DNA of 63,861 bases, counting the filler, from Octopus bimaculoides (taxonomy: Eukaryota), in assembly GCF_001194135.2 (NCBI RefSeq). It is 4 parts of 4 records of this genome, joined end to end, with 100 filler letters (N's around TTAATTAATTAA, not from the genome) between each part and the next. Parts side by side here need not be neighbours in the genome. Positions count along the whole stretch, not along the records: positions 1 to 27,863 come from NC_068981.1; 3 more parts are not named here. One strand, 5' to 3'. Shown here piece by piece: positions 13,033-26,871 of this stretch. Position 1 is the first letter of the stretch. Every line of letters begins with the position of its first letter. A program made the translations under genes and the position numbers. The notes under the pieces were generated by a model. It did not search any database, was not told the DNA's origin, and saw only the letters and a program-made list of their open reading frames with translations.

Positions 13033-13690
13033 AGTGAGGTGAAAATCGCTTAATTACATATGGGAAACTATCTGTTCCACCAAACAATTAGTGGACAAAA
13101 ACGTTGTCTCTAGAAACGTTTCGAATTTGAAAACAAGAAAGGAAGAAAACTCCAATAAATTAATTGAAATTTTGTAAAAAACATAGAAAATCCAGTGTTT
13201 ATGTCTACATCTCAGAGCAATTTCCAATATTTTTATACAGTGAGGTGAAAATCGCTCAGTTACATATGGGAAACTATCTGTTCCACCAATCAATTAGTGG
13301 ACAACAACAGTGTCTCTAGAAACGTTTCAAATTTGAAAACAAGAAGGGAAGATAACTTCAATAAATNNNNNNNNNNTTCGAATTTGAAAACAAGAAAGGA
13401 AGAAAACTCCAATAAATTAATTGAAATTTTGTAAAAAACATAGAAAATCCAGTGTTTATGTCTACATCTCAGAGCAATTTCCAATATTTTTATACAGTGA
13501 GGTGAAAATCGCTCAGTTACATATGGGAAACTATCTGTTCCACCAATCAATTAGTGGACAACAACAGTGTCTCTAGAAACGTTTCGAATTTGAAAACAAG
13601 AAGGGAAGATAACTTCAATAAATTTAATTAACATTTGGAAAAACAGAAAATTCAATGTTTATGTCCATGTCTAAGAGCGATTTCCAGTAT
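13033..13690. repeat. ~205-bp tandem duplication, with an extra apparent copy probably caused by unmerged contig overlap at the 10-N gap
   Basis: Units start at ~13033 and ~13238 and are diverged; post-gap 13377-13621 is nearly identical to pre-gap ~13120-13366. Confidence 0.8.
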
Positions 13691-13711
13691 TATTATTATT
13701 GGCCTCATTAA

Positions 13712-14370
13712 AGTGGCAAGCTGGCAGGATCGTTAGGACGCATAAGGAAAAAATGCATAACGGCATTTCGTCCGTCTTTACGCTCTGAGTTCAAACTCCG
13801 TAAATGTCAATTTTGCATTTCATCCTTTTGAGGTTGATAAAATAAATACCAGTCACATACTGGTGTCGATAAAATCGGCTTCCTCTTTCCCCTAACATTT
13901 CGGGCCTTATGCCTATATTAGAAAGTATTATTATTATCCTTACTAATTTTCTATTAACAAAAACGGTGAGCTGGCAGAATCGTTGGCAAGTTGGATAAAA
14001 GTGCTTGGTGCAGTTCTTCCTGTTCATTACATTCTGAGTTCAAACCCCGTCGAGGTTGATATTGCCATTCACCCTTTCGGGGACGATAAATTAAGTACCT
14101 TTTCAAAAATTTCTGACCTTGTACTTGTAGTAGAAAGCATTGTTATTATTAAAGTGACAAGATGGCTAAATCATTAACACGTCGAAAAAATGCCTGGCAG
14201 CATTTCTTCTGACTTATTACGATATTCTGAGTTCACATTCCACCGAGTTCAACTTTGCTTTTCTCATTTCGGGGTTGATAAAATAAAGGACTAGAGAATA
14301 CGGGGGTTGGCGTAATCGACTTGTCCCCTCCTCTCAATACTGCTAACCTTATGCCAAAAATAGAAAGACT
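13712..14370 (+). mobile_element. Three head-to-tail family A SINEs
   Basis: Heads at ~13712, ~13965, ~14152, each with B-box (GAGTTCAAAC/GAGTTCAC) and CCTTT..GGG.TGATAAA body. Confidence 0.8.
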
Positions 14371-14650
14371 TATTAATCTGTTTATCAATCACAACCAGAG
14401 ACACATCTCATTTCTCTGTAAATTTCTCCGTGATGCATAAATATTATATAAATATGTTTCATTGCTGTTGATTTATTTCAACGGCATTATTGTACTTGCT
14501 TTACTACCATCTTGAACCAAATCTACCTCGACAGAGCAGATCTACAATCGAAGTCTTTCTAACCATGATTATACTACTCACGTTTACCAGGCACATTTAC
14601 CACAACTACAACCACATTATACAATGATTTCGTTGTTTTTAAGATGATAC

Positions 14651-14935
14651 GGGGATCTTTTCCCTTTGGCCGGCATATTTAAAAAATAATTTTTTGTATC
14701 TAAACACTTTCAAAATTCGTATACTAGTAGAATGTGTCACATAAAACATCATTTACTCTTGGCGTTTTTGAGAAAATTGTATATTTTCGAAGTTATTTCG
14801 TGTTAAAGTTATCGTATTTCGGTAATTTCAACCAATCAATGACGTCTATTGAGGTGAAAACAATTACTGCTGTTGTTTGTCAACAACAACTTCCCCCAAA
14901 ACATTGATCAGCGCGGGGATAGCGTCTACATGTCC
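14651..14935 (+). mobile_element. Probable left end of a non-autonomous DNA transposon (GGGATCTTTTC terminus)
   Basis: Recalled repeat terminus; no matching right end found in the window. Confidence 0.3.
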
Positions 14936-15501
14936 AAGTTGACGTCCAGTGGGACTGAACCCGAATAAAATGACTTCAAAGCTAGCTTCTTTGTTACACA
15001 GCCATATGGATAACTTGATAAAATATCTAAGAAATCTAAGAAAACAGCGGATTCCATAAAAACTGTATAAACTCGGAACGCCCGCCACCAACACCATTGC
15101 ACTAACTAGAACTTCCATCCAACAATCAAAATCATTGATGTTATTCCGCAGTGTAACATTGTTTTATTGAACAAGCTGGAAAGTTCCTCTTATGGTAGAA
15201 TAACATAAAATATAGCCATAATTTATTGATTAGGTCATTGAATCAGTGATGCTGGTCATAATTTGGTTCAAATAGGCAGATATCCGTTAGGCATGAATGC
15301 GTTCCACAATAATAATTCCAACAGTCACTTTTTGTTGTTTGCGAACAAAACAAAAGAATTTTAGTAAATATCTAAGAAAATTCGTGCGTATTGTCGAGAA
15401 ACGTACAAAAACAAAATTAACTTCCGATCATTTTGTTTGGAAGAACCATCATTAAATTTTTTGAGTTAGCCAGCATCACATCGTTTGAACACGCCTCTAT
15501 G

Positions 15502-15862
15502 CGGTCACTCGACTCGCTAGAAATAGCAGCTAAATTTCCTCAAATTCACAGCCTACCGTCTTACGATAGAGAGCGTAGTTCTAGATATACAATATATAAA
15601 AATATAGAGAAAATGATCGGAAACTAGAGACAAAGATTTTTGAAAATTGTAATTTCGTTAGTTGTTGGCGTTATTAATCTCACATCAACTCTAATCGAGC
15701 AAACATATGATCAAAAGCTTTCCAACCATAACGAGTACGTCTTTTTAGAGGTAAGCTCTACGACCATGTACATTATCCAATGTAATCTGCGCTTATGTAA
15801 GACGATGGAATATGATTTGAGGGAACTTAGGCCTAATATTTCATGAAGGTCGAGTGACCCGA
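15502..15862. mobile_element. Two SINE (family C) core fragments in inverted orientation
   Basis: GGTCACTCGAC..GAAATA..CCTCAAAT..CGTCTTAC at 15502-15565 and its reverse complement at ~15798-15860; minus-strand tail CTTTTGATCAT..CAACAAC at ~15655-15730. Confidence 0.6.
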
Positions 15863-16439
15863 TAGGGGATTGAGTTCTAAAAGTTTCGTGCAATTAATTT
15901 TACATTTCAAACGATTGAAAAGCAAAGCATTTTTATTGTTTTTATAAGCACTTTATATTTATTACTTGTGGTTCCCACTGGCTATGGCTTTTAATGCGAG
16001 ATAGATAACCACCCCCTCACAAAACGAATTTTGAATTTGAAATTAAGTAATATGAGGAAGATAATGCATAGAATTTTTCACGAAGTTCTTAAATTTTCTA
16101 GTCGGTGATAAATATCTATAGCACCATTTCATTCATTTTAGAAATCTTCAGCATGATTTTAACCTGTAAAAGTCACTGATGAATACGGTGAGTTATAAGT
16201 TGTGTTCCATGAAACCTTTAGGTCCAGGTGTGCAATCCTGTTTATCTTATATATGTGAGACATATATTAGACGCTACACACTTCTTACATAAGTATCTCA
16301 GTACAAAATGCAGTATAGCCAGCTGGCACTCGCATGCACTTACTGTTTGGTAGCATGTACAATACTTTCGATAATTGGTTTAGGTGTCTGCGAAGTCGTA
16401 AGGAAGCATAGACACTCTCTCAGTTTTTTCTCACTAGAT

Positions 16440-16650
16440 CCAGCGGAACATCCTGGGTGTAAACGCTAGAGAGAGCGAGAGAACTGCACCAGCACTTGCA
16501 TCGTAATCATTACAGCTCAGTTGACTGAAGCAATGTAAAATTAAGTATCTTGCTCAAGTACACGACCCGCTGCCCGGTCAAGGAATTGAATCCACATTTT
16601 ATGGCCATGAGTTTAATACCCTAAGCATTACGTTACAAACTTCCACATAA
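16440..16650 (-). mobile_element. Degraded family B SINE
   Basis: ACAGCTCAGTTGACTGAAGCAATG..TTGCTCAAG..CCCGGTCAAGGAATTGAA pattern, shared with 110-210 and 20915-20975. Confidence 0.6.
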
Positions 16651-18091
16651 GAGCGTCGCCAACTGCTTATCTGGAAGGAAGCGTTTTCCTGATGCATGGC
16701 TAGATGGTTTTATAATATCTAAGCCACTGCTTTATCTGCGACGAATTGTAAGAATATACGAAATTGCTGTCACAGGATTCGAGCGTAAACTTTTTTAAAA
16801 TAAAATTATAGGCACATTCGGTTCTTTAGGTTACATCCCTAATTTCTGTTCTCTGAAAACTGTTCTGCAATTTTTTTCTGGTTCCCTTTGTTTACCAAGC
16901 CTGTAGAATGTTGAAAACAGGTATCTATACCAGTAGCTTTATCAAATGAGATTTAGCAGAACAGACTGCACTCGAAATTTTTCGATCGTCATTGAGCTCC
17001 ACGAAGTTGTTGTTTACAGGAATCTGTGAGGGTATTTCTGTTGCGTTATCACTGATCTTTCAGAGTTCAACATTGATTTAGTGTGATCAGTTGTTCATCC
17101 CATTAGTATTTGAGAATAAATAAAAGACAACTACCGCATGAAAAGCGATAACTAAATTGATGCTAACATATTTAAGGCATGGAACATTAAGAACCTAATT
17201 AAAAATAATTATACGATGAGGAATACAAACAGTATTAGACAATGACTACAATTACTTTCTTTATTTCGGCTGTATCATGGCCAGAATTGCTTCCTGTACT
17301 TGCGTCAAAAATGGAAATATTGCTTTTCTGTTTGTTATTTTTTTCTTTCTTTTTACTGCATGTTTATTGCCAGTTTGCTTTTTAATGTTCCCTGCATTAG
17401 ATATATTAGCACTAATTTAAATCTTAGTTAGTGGTAGTGATGGTGGAGGTGATGGTACAGCTTCTGATTGAGTCATGGAAACTATGTTTCCAATGTTTTT
17501 CTTTTTTTTTCAAATTGATGATTCTATGCTTCTGAAAGAAGTGCCACGATTTTTTCGGTTATGGCGCGGTACTTGAGTTCAGATCCCAAAAAGCTTACAT
17601 TGATCAAGAAGGTATCCTACTCCATGATCTAATAATTATGTCAATCTACCGCTGTGGACTAGTACATTTTTTGTATCGATTCCGATTGGATGAAAGTTTT
17701 CTCGATTTCGGTGGGATTTGAACTCACAGCTGATAAAAATCGGAAAACCTCAAAGTGTTCTATCCAGCTCTCTAACACCGCTACCAATTCGCCGCCATAA
17801 TTCATAGAATGTATCAGGAAGTAACATACATGGATTTGATTTGCACTGGGATAGAGAGGATAAGTGGTGATTTCTAAATGATTTTTAATGTAATAAGCGT
17901 TGCTTCATTCATTTATTTATTTTGCAGCATAGTTTGAAATTTTAGTAGCCTCATCTATTGCTGAGCAAACAGATGTCTAGCTTCAAGTATGATGACAGAA
18001 ATTATTAGAATATTGTTGATCAGCCATGTAATCTCTAGATTGTACAGAAAATATTTATTGAAGTCTTCTTTATTTAATATTTAATCGGAGA

Positions 18092-18305
18092 AAAGTGGCG
18101 AGCTGGCAGGATCGTTTGCACAGCGGAAAAATACTTAGCGGTATTTCGTTCGTCCTTACGTTATGGGTTCAAATTCCACCGAGGCTGACTTTGCCGTTTA
18201 TTCCTTTCGGGGTCGACAAAATAAGCACTCATTGAGCACTGGGGTCGATGGAATCAACTTAGCCCCTTCCCCGAAAGTGCTGATCTTGTGCCAAAGTTTG
18301 AAACT
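18092..18305 (+). mobile_element. Family A SINE
   Basis: GTGGCGAGCTGGCAGGATCG head; GGGTTCAAATTCC B-box. Confidence 0.8.
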
Positions 18306-19027
18306 AATAAACGTATGTGTGTGCATGTGTCTGTGTGTAGGAGTGTAAGTATGCATGGGTGGGTGTAGTTAGATGTGTAGATGAATGGTTGTATTAGATC
18401 TTAATCTTGCTTATTAAAGATTTTTTTATTTCGTTTTTTTTTTTTGCTTCTGGTTCTTCGTTTTGAAGAGTAACATTCCTAAATACATTAACATCTATTG
18501 ATAATTTCGGCCACATCAACAGAATGAAGGAATAGTAGTAGCGTCTTATATTAACCAGCGAAGGAACATGGAAATAATGTCGTAACTGATCAAATCGTCA
18601 CCACCGTATTGAAAATTACTTAACGGTTAATACCTGGTTATTTTTGTAGTTTGTTACACGTTCGGTGTACAAGTATGCATATTGATTTTGGGTTAATATT
18701 TTGCTATGAAGGAAATTCCATAGCTAATCTTCTAGTTTTGAGGATGGTAGTGTTATCAGTAAATGTTTTTTTCTAACTGATTTTGTTCGTACTCAGTATA
18801 ATAATGTGCTGCAAAAACTTCTTTTTACAAATTATGGTCAACCGATAGGAACATAACTTGCGTGGTAAGGCCGAGTAAGTCTTAAAACGTTAATGGACTT
18901 TGGAACTTTATTGCTCTGAAATGAACATAAAGCAGTGATAAGGAAATCTGAAAATTCTTCCATAAGCTTACATTCACTCGTTCACACATAGATATATACA
19001 TACAAGCATACACACGTACACACACAC

Positions 19028-19067
<40 letters not shown>

Positions 19068-19188
19068 ATGCATATATCAGTATAGTAATATAAACACAAA
19101 TTTAGGTATCTATGAATATGTATGCTTATATATATATATATGCATATATGTATATATATAGATACCTACATATATATTTACATATACA

Positions 19189-19225
<37 letters not shown>

Positions 19226-20789
19226 AACATTACGTTCGTGTGCATTGTTAGTCTACATCTGAGTATATGACAATTATTATTTAATCGAGCGCTCAAAGGT
19301 AATTGTTTAAATTCATTTCGGGGAAATTTCAGTACAGAATTTAAATGCAGAATTTCTAATCATTGGACAATGTTGATTACCATAATCACCAACTGAAATC
19401 ACTGTGTATTCAAGACGTTTAGTATGACTACCGCAAGTTATCTAAATTATTGCTACAGGCAAAACTTCCAGTTAAGAAACATTATGGCAAGCGTTTTTGT
19501 CAAATAACTACGAAGAGGCATCTTAATAATTAAAGAATGTAATAAAATTTAATAAGTTCCTTATCTCTTGTAATTATGAATCTGATAAAATATGATTTTG
19601 TGTGTTATCGCAAACTCAATTTTGCAAGACCGGGCAAATAGATATAGTGTCAATTATGTCTAAAAGACAAACTTAGTTTATGTAACTATTAAGGGATAAA
19701 AGGGCCGAATGAACTTCAAAAGTTTCACTGATGAGTTTATATCAGGTCCGAAACCTGTAGGCACTCATTTCCCGTACTTGCAGGAATAACATTAATTATA
19801 TAAATTATAAAATGATATTCTTTTTTCTCACGTTATATTTATTTCTAGTAGTTAAATGGTCTCAACATAAAATATATTAACACTAACATAATTTTCAAAC
19901 TGATTTTTGAACTTTAAAGTAACGTTACCCAAACAACTTATACGGTATTTTTCTGTATGTGACATTTGTAACATTATAGCAGAAATAAGAAGTGCTTTTA
20001 CTCTCTTAATATTCAGGTATAGTTGTTGTTACCTTTGATGTCATTTAACTCTATTTACCTCGATCTTTTGATCAAAATATATGCAGTGAATCTAGGTCTA
20101 TATATTCGCATTTGTACATAGTTTGTTAAGATTGAAAGCATGATTTAAAGGAGCTTTATCTTCTATTTCTTCCATATCAAATGATGAAGTAAAGATTTCT
20201 TGATATGCTCATCCGATTATAATTTATTGATAGCAGCTTGTTACTATATGGAATAATCCATTTTAGCTAACTACTCTAAACATTCATCATAACGTTCTTT
20301 GAATCACCAGTGTTTCACTGTTGAGGGCTGACATCTTTATGTAGGGAATGATGGAGTTGTACATCGTATATTTTCTGTCAGTACTTCATGCACCAGAAAG
20401 AAATTCTCTCCTTGAGATCTGTGTATTTACAGTGGAGTGTATTCGGCTGTTAAGACTTTAGCGTTTTTTGTTTCAAAGTGAGGCTACAGTTAGGCTACAA
20501 TCTGCCGATAAGTATAGAATCAATGAGGAAGGATTACTCAGGGGTGCCTGCTGCATGAAAAACAAACAATAAAGTCTGTATTAATATGCTTGATCTAATC
20601 AATCACTCAATTTTACTTTACGTTAAACCCGTAGTTGTGAGGATAATCATTAGTATAATGATAATTCTGATAAGACAGAGAAGACAACTCTGAAATTGTT
20701 ATATAAATACATCGCAAGCAGAAGGTAGAAGGGAGTTGGTAAAGTCTGTAGTTGGTCTGAACGACTTTGGCACACCTATCAGCTCATAT

Positions 20790-21330
20790 GAACACTACTG
20801 TTTCGAGCCCTAAGACTCATAAGTCTCGTTACCCGGTTTCCATGGCGTATTAATAACTGAGAACACACACTTCCCTCATGGATGGAACATCAATCCGTCG
20901 CAGAGTTACATATATATAGCTGAATGGACAGGAGCAACATGAAATGAAGTGTTTTGCTGAAGAACACAACGCACAACCTCATACGTGCAGGACCGAATTT
21001 GTTTAAAGAGTGTAAGCTCAGGTTCAATATCTTTTACAAAGAAGGTGAATTTTTTCAATCTTAGTATGAAAACAAATACAGGTATAATAATAGTAATTGT
21101 TGTTATATTTGTACATTAGTTCAATCAGATAAATCTAATAAACGGAAACGTAATGCTGTAAATCAGTCCAAAAATGTTCCTACGCTGGTTCGTTTTGACG
21201 ATGAAATTTTTAGTGGGTGCGCCTGTACTCCTTGCACCCTCTGTTCTCGAGCCTGTGTACAAACCGGTCCTGAAATCAAACCCTCAATTTTGCGCGCTGT
21301 ATCCTAACCATTAGACCATGGACCTTCATA
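20790..21330 (-). mobile_element. Family B SINE interrupted by an ~285-bp insertion (~20979-21263)
   Basis: Body ends GAACACAACGC at ~20972 and resumes CCGGTCC..GAAATCAAACC..CCTAACCATTAGACC at 21264. Confidence 0.55.
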
Positions 21331-22411
21331 CAACAGCTCATAACACTGCTTAAAATAATCTACTTATTGCTATATCAAGCAATCTTCCCTACAGAATATA
21401 ATTCTAGCTCTTTCATTCTTATCTCTATGAATACCAACAAAAATTCAAGGTTCTTATCCACTCACAAACAGCTACAGTGACTTCGTAACAAAATCTCGAT
21501 CTGATAAAAATATATCGAAATACAATCTATATCGGAAATATTTGCTTTGCTTAACCTATATCCGTAACCTTTCAACTAGTGTGGGTATTGATTCTAAAGT
21601 TTGGTCTCTGATATTTTAAAGGATTAACTCCATATCAAATCAATCATGATAATCTGATATATTTTTTCTTCCCAAAGCATCTTCGGAGGATTTTATTTTC
21701 TGATTTTTCTTTTTCTGCTTCGCATTCGGTTGCTATTTTAAGTGCTACAATTCCTTATTTCTCTTTTTCCTTTTTCTTTCAATGATAAATCTGAAGCTAT
21801 TTAGCTTAGCATAATAACAAGATAATTCTTTGTTTTACCATTGACCTAAGAATACTGTTCACCTGCCTCATTTATTATTATTTTTTCACAATAAACTTTT
21901 GTAATTGATAGTGGATATAGTAGACCGAATTAAAATTTATGTGTATAGTATCTTTCTGTTTATGTCGACGATCTAAGAGGTGGTTCGCAGTGATAGAATA
22001 AATCGGTTGTTTATATTAGTTATAGCAGAGCTTCTTAATCATCTTATCGGGTTTGTTTAACTAACAAAAAATTTCAAAAATATCTATGAATGCTCTGTTT
22101 GCTTTTAATTTGGTTTTATTTATCGGTCAAAGTTCATTGGCTGTCTTCAAAATGGAAATGCTCGTCTTCTCGAAGCTGGTCACTTTTATTATCTGCTGTT
22201 GTTGGATTGTTTCACACACACACACAAAAAAAAGAAGGTTGTAAGCATTGTCAAAACCACCACTAATATTCACTTCTTATCATTGTATACAGACATAAAT
22301 CAATCGACCAAAAACTAAAGATATATGGTATTTTGTCAAATATTTTGAAAATAAACATTGGGTTTGCATCTCTTATCATAACTCTATGCCGTGTCTCTTT
22401 TCTCTAAATAT

Positions 22412-23010
<599 letters not shown>

Positions 23011-25957
23011 AAGTCAAAGATATCCTACTTTGGAAGAGATATGGATGTATGAAGTGGAGTGCCACCATAGCTCTTCCAACTCCTTAATACTTTGTGAACT
23101 CTGGAGTGTCTTAATCTGAAGCATTCTTCATTCTGCACATTCAAAGATGCATATTCTAAGATGCATTCTTCATTCGGCACATAAATGACCTAAATGACGT
23201 ACTTGTTGTTACACCTCTCTATACGATAACACACTTCAATCTTCCTTAAGAACACATATACATAAGTATTTCACTAGTAACTTAAGCACTTCACTCTAAA
23301 ATGTAGATTACTTCCATACAGAGAGATGTTGGATACATTCTTCAACGCACTCATGATTCTATATTTATTAATAAGACTTATTAAGAAAGACAAAAATAGA
23401 ATTGTTTACAAACTAGTGATTTACATGTGAATAATGAGAACGAAGATTAACAGATATTATATTATCACTGGATAAAATATAATTGATAGTTTCTATTTTG
23501 AAATAAGATGGTTGTGTTTATTTTGCTAGATGGATGTGGATTGTTAAGTTATCTGTATAAGTTTAATGAAAACTTTAGGGACGTTTATTTTCTTTTAAGT
23601 GAGTTTATCTTAAGAATAATTTTTAAAAGGGATTGTGAGTAGAGTCTTATTCACTAATATTTTGTTCTATCAGATATTTTTTGACAACCTCCAGAGCTAA
23701 CAGAGATTTATGTAGAAAGCTAAGACAAACAAAAAATTATCATAGAATTTGATCGTTATATGCGTAAACATGTCTCAAAACTTTAAAATCCGTGTATTAC
23801 TTTACAGAGAGAATCAGTAAGTCCAGAATTGTGTGTATGCGTGGTTTTTTCCCTCTCTCTCTCTCTCTTTCACTCCAAACTAGTTTCATGGCTATTCATT
23901 GCTCCACGAATTTGGACAAAATAGTAACATGGTTAAATGAAAACTAATAAAAATTATAAGTTTGAGAGTTGTTTCGCAATACATGTTTAGATAGGGCTGG
24001 CACAAGTCTGGAAGCATCACACAAAAACTCTGAAGAACTTAGACAAAATTTCTTAATCCTGCTAAAAACACGAAAACTCTGTAAATACAGAGGGCACATA
24101 TGGCTATTCCCAGAACTGAGGAATATTGAGGACAAGGATGCAGTGTGGCGGTTTAGGTGAGGGACAAAAATGTAGAACATATATGCAAATATTAACTTTT
24201 ACAAAGGAATATTTCTCAATGGCATCAAAGTTTCGGATTTCTCGTGGTCATCAATCTTAAGACAGCGAACAAGCCAAAACTTCGAAGTCGCAACCTTTAC
24301 TTTGTGAAAGTAAATAAATAGGTAATCTACTAAGATGTATTGAGTAATTCTTCATTTTAATATGAAATCGCGTTCATATATAACTTTGCAAGCAAAGAAA
24401 CACTAATATATATATATGTGTGTGTGTGTTTGTGTGTGTGTGTGTGCGCGCGCGCGCGCGTGTGTGCATACATGTTCGTATGTGGTTATATTATGTTTGA
24501 AGGGCCTGGTATTTTGCCAATCTACTTATTTCAATCTGCAGCGAAAAGCTGTTCTAGTCATAAAATTGTTGCCATGTTTAAACTTAGAAAGTAAATACAA
24601 AAATCCATTTCCTAAGTTGGTTTCATGCCATTACTGTCAATGTCACACTGCCACAATGACGTCATCGCACTCTGGTACTCTTTTTATAGCGATTCGTGTC
24701 AGCATTGCATGTGTGTGTTTGTATGTCGAAGTGTCTGACACATGTGTAAATACATTTATGTACACGTGTATGCGCTGGAATACATTTTATTTTATACAGA
24801 TTATAAGAAGTCATATTGAGATTTAATTGATACCCGAAAACAAAAATCAGTTTGATACGTTTGGAATCCATTGAGTTCGTGTGTTTCTATTTCTAATACA
24901 TTCATTTTTCTTTCGTAACTTGAACACGTGATCTGGAAAGTGACATGACGTCACTTTTTATTGAAAGATTGATATGTATGAAACAAGACATTGTTTCTTT
25001 ATATAATACTAGGTTTAACGTAATGATCGAAAGAGATTGAGGATAGATAGAGAACATATGGAATAATGCTGGTATGGGAGCGGGAGGTTCATTTTTCAGC
25101 AGGACTACTCAATGCATGCGTTTCATACAGTAGATGTACTTATTTAGAGAAAACGGCCCAACAGAGGGCTCAATCCATTTTAAATGTACCTCTAAAAATT
25201 TCATTTAATCTGTGGCTTACTCTACAATGTTGAAAATTGCTTTAATTTCCATACGCACAAAACGTTATCCCCACCAAATATTGTTCAGGTATGATATATT
25301 TCGCCATGCTACCTTATTCTTTCTGCGCATACCTATCATATACTTTCTTTCAAACTATCGTGGAGTTTGAAGGGAATTATAGATGTCTCGCATCCTCTGC
25401 ACTATTTACTCTATTTGCTAGAAACATGCTCAATTCACTACTCCCAATCAACCAAACTCCTGTTTGCAGCCAATGTGTTTCCATTTCTTCATCTCTTCGT
25501 CTTGACGATGATGATTTGCCCGAAATATTGATCATCTTCTTGGTCCAAAACGACTACTACAGTAATTTTTCAAGTTTTCCATTGTGTCATTTTGTATTAC
25601 TCGATCCTAACTCCATATGATTTAACTAGATGTCATTACTGCACACGAGATTCTCGACTTAAGCGAAACTAATTGATTAGGTGTAATTAATAACAACATG
25701 ATAGTATTAGTGGTAGCTGTCAAAATAGCGACACAAAGTAAAGTTGATCAGTATATTGTTAGCGTGTAATTTTAAGATCAAATGCTTTTTCATATTGCCT
25801 GGTCAGGATGGTATATGCCAAGTCTTTATTTGTATACTCTAAATAAGTAGATGATACCGGTTGTAGACGCGCTTCAATGATGTATCTATTAATACGATAT
25901 CTCTCTCCACACACACACACACACACGCACACACACACACACACACACACATACACA

Positions 25958-26351
25958 CAGAAGAGAAACTGTGCTAGGTTGTGGAAATTCGCTGCCCAGT
26001 GGATGTTAACATAAAGCTGAAGATCAGTGAAAAAGAGAACACCTCTGCTGAACTAGTGAGAGATTTGCAGTTACTCTCTCCAGATTACAAGTTCAGGTTT
26101 ATACCTGTAATTATTGGGGGGCTGGGATATGTAACACACTACCTAAATATTAGTCTCGAGAAATTAGGCTTCTCAGAAGCAGAAAGGAGAAAGCTAATTT
26201 GAAGACTACAGATCTAATCCATCACTGGAACTGTAAAAATCTGTAAACATTTCCAGAAGTTTGTCATTTAAATATATATGAGCATGTCTAGATATGCAAC
26301 TATATGCATGAGAATACATACATAAAACATACAAATCTGCACTTATACAAA
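25958..26351 (+). pseudogene. 3' end of an RLE-type (R4-like) non-LTR retrotransposon, 5'-truncated
   Basis: VVEIRCPVDVNIKLKISEKEN..FIPVIIGGLG..ITGTVKICK, stop at ~26271, followed by 3' UTR. Confidence 0.75.
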
Positions 26352-26866
26352 TGTAGTGGTCGAAGTAGCTAAATAATTGAATGATCTCCCTTGCAAGAAA
26401 AATTACAGAGTAACCTCTATTTTCTAAGTTCCTGTAAGCATCTGTGTCATGAGACGTGATTCTTTATTATTCAAGAAGTTTAGCGTTTCTCCTGGAAGTT
26501 TCAAGAATGTCTAGCGTTCCATTAATAAAAACAGCTTGCTAATCCAGCTGTTCGCTTCTTAGTCGATTAGACTTAGTGCAATTCACGTCATTCCTATGTC
26601 CGTCTATTTCTCTACGTCACATGACTGAAAGCCACCACTTAGCTGTTATTTCTACATTTTCTATCTCTGAAATTTCTTGCATAGCGTACTTCATTCAACT
26701 AGATTCTACATTTTGATTCTGTCTCATCATCGACCACTAAATAAAATATTTTTTTCTGTAGTAAATACATAGATCTTGAATTTATTATTCATCTCTTTAT
26801 AAACTATTGTAATAGCATACACACAGCCACATCAAAACCTTGTGCTGATTATATATTTCCACTACA
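26352..26866 (+). mobile_element. 5' LTR (515 bp) of a Gypsy element
   Basis: Perfect 8-bp inverted termini TGTAGTGG...CCACTACA; internal AATAAA; PBS 5 bp downstream. Confidence 0.85.
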
Positions 26867-26871
26867 TAAAT

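Noticed and set aside
13377-13621. Third copy of the 205-bp tandem unit / twin 79-86 aa ORFs
   Set aside because: Nearly identical to the sequence just before a 10-N gap, typical of an unmerged contig overlap or allelic duplication
19718-19760. CTGATGAG...CCGAAAC hammerhead-like core
   Set aside because: Stem II does not pair and there is no room for stem I
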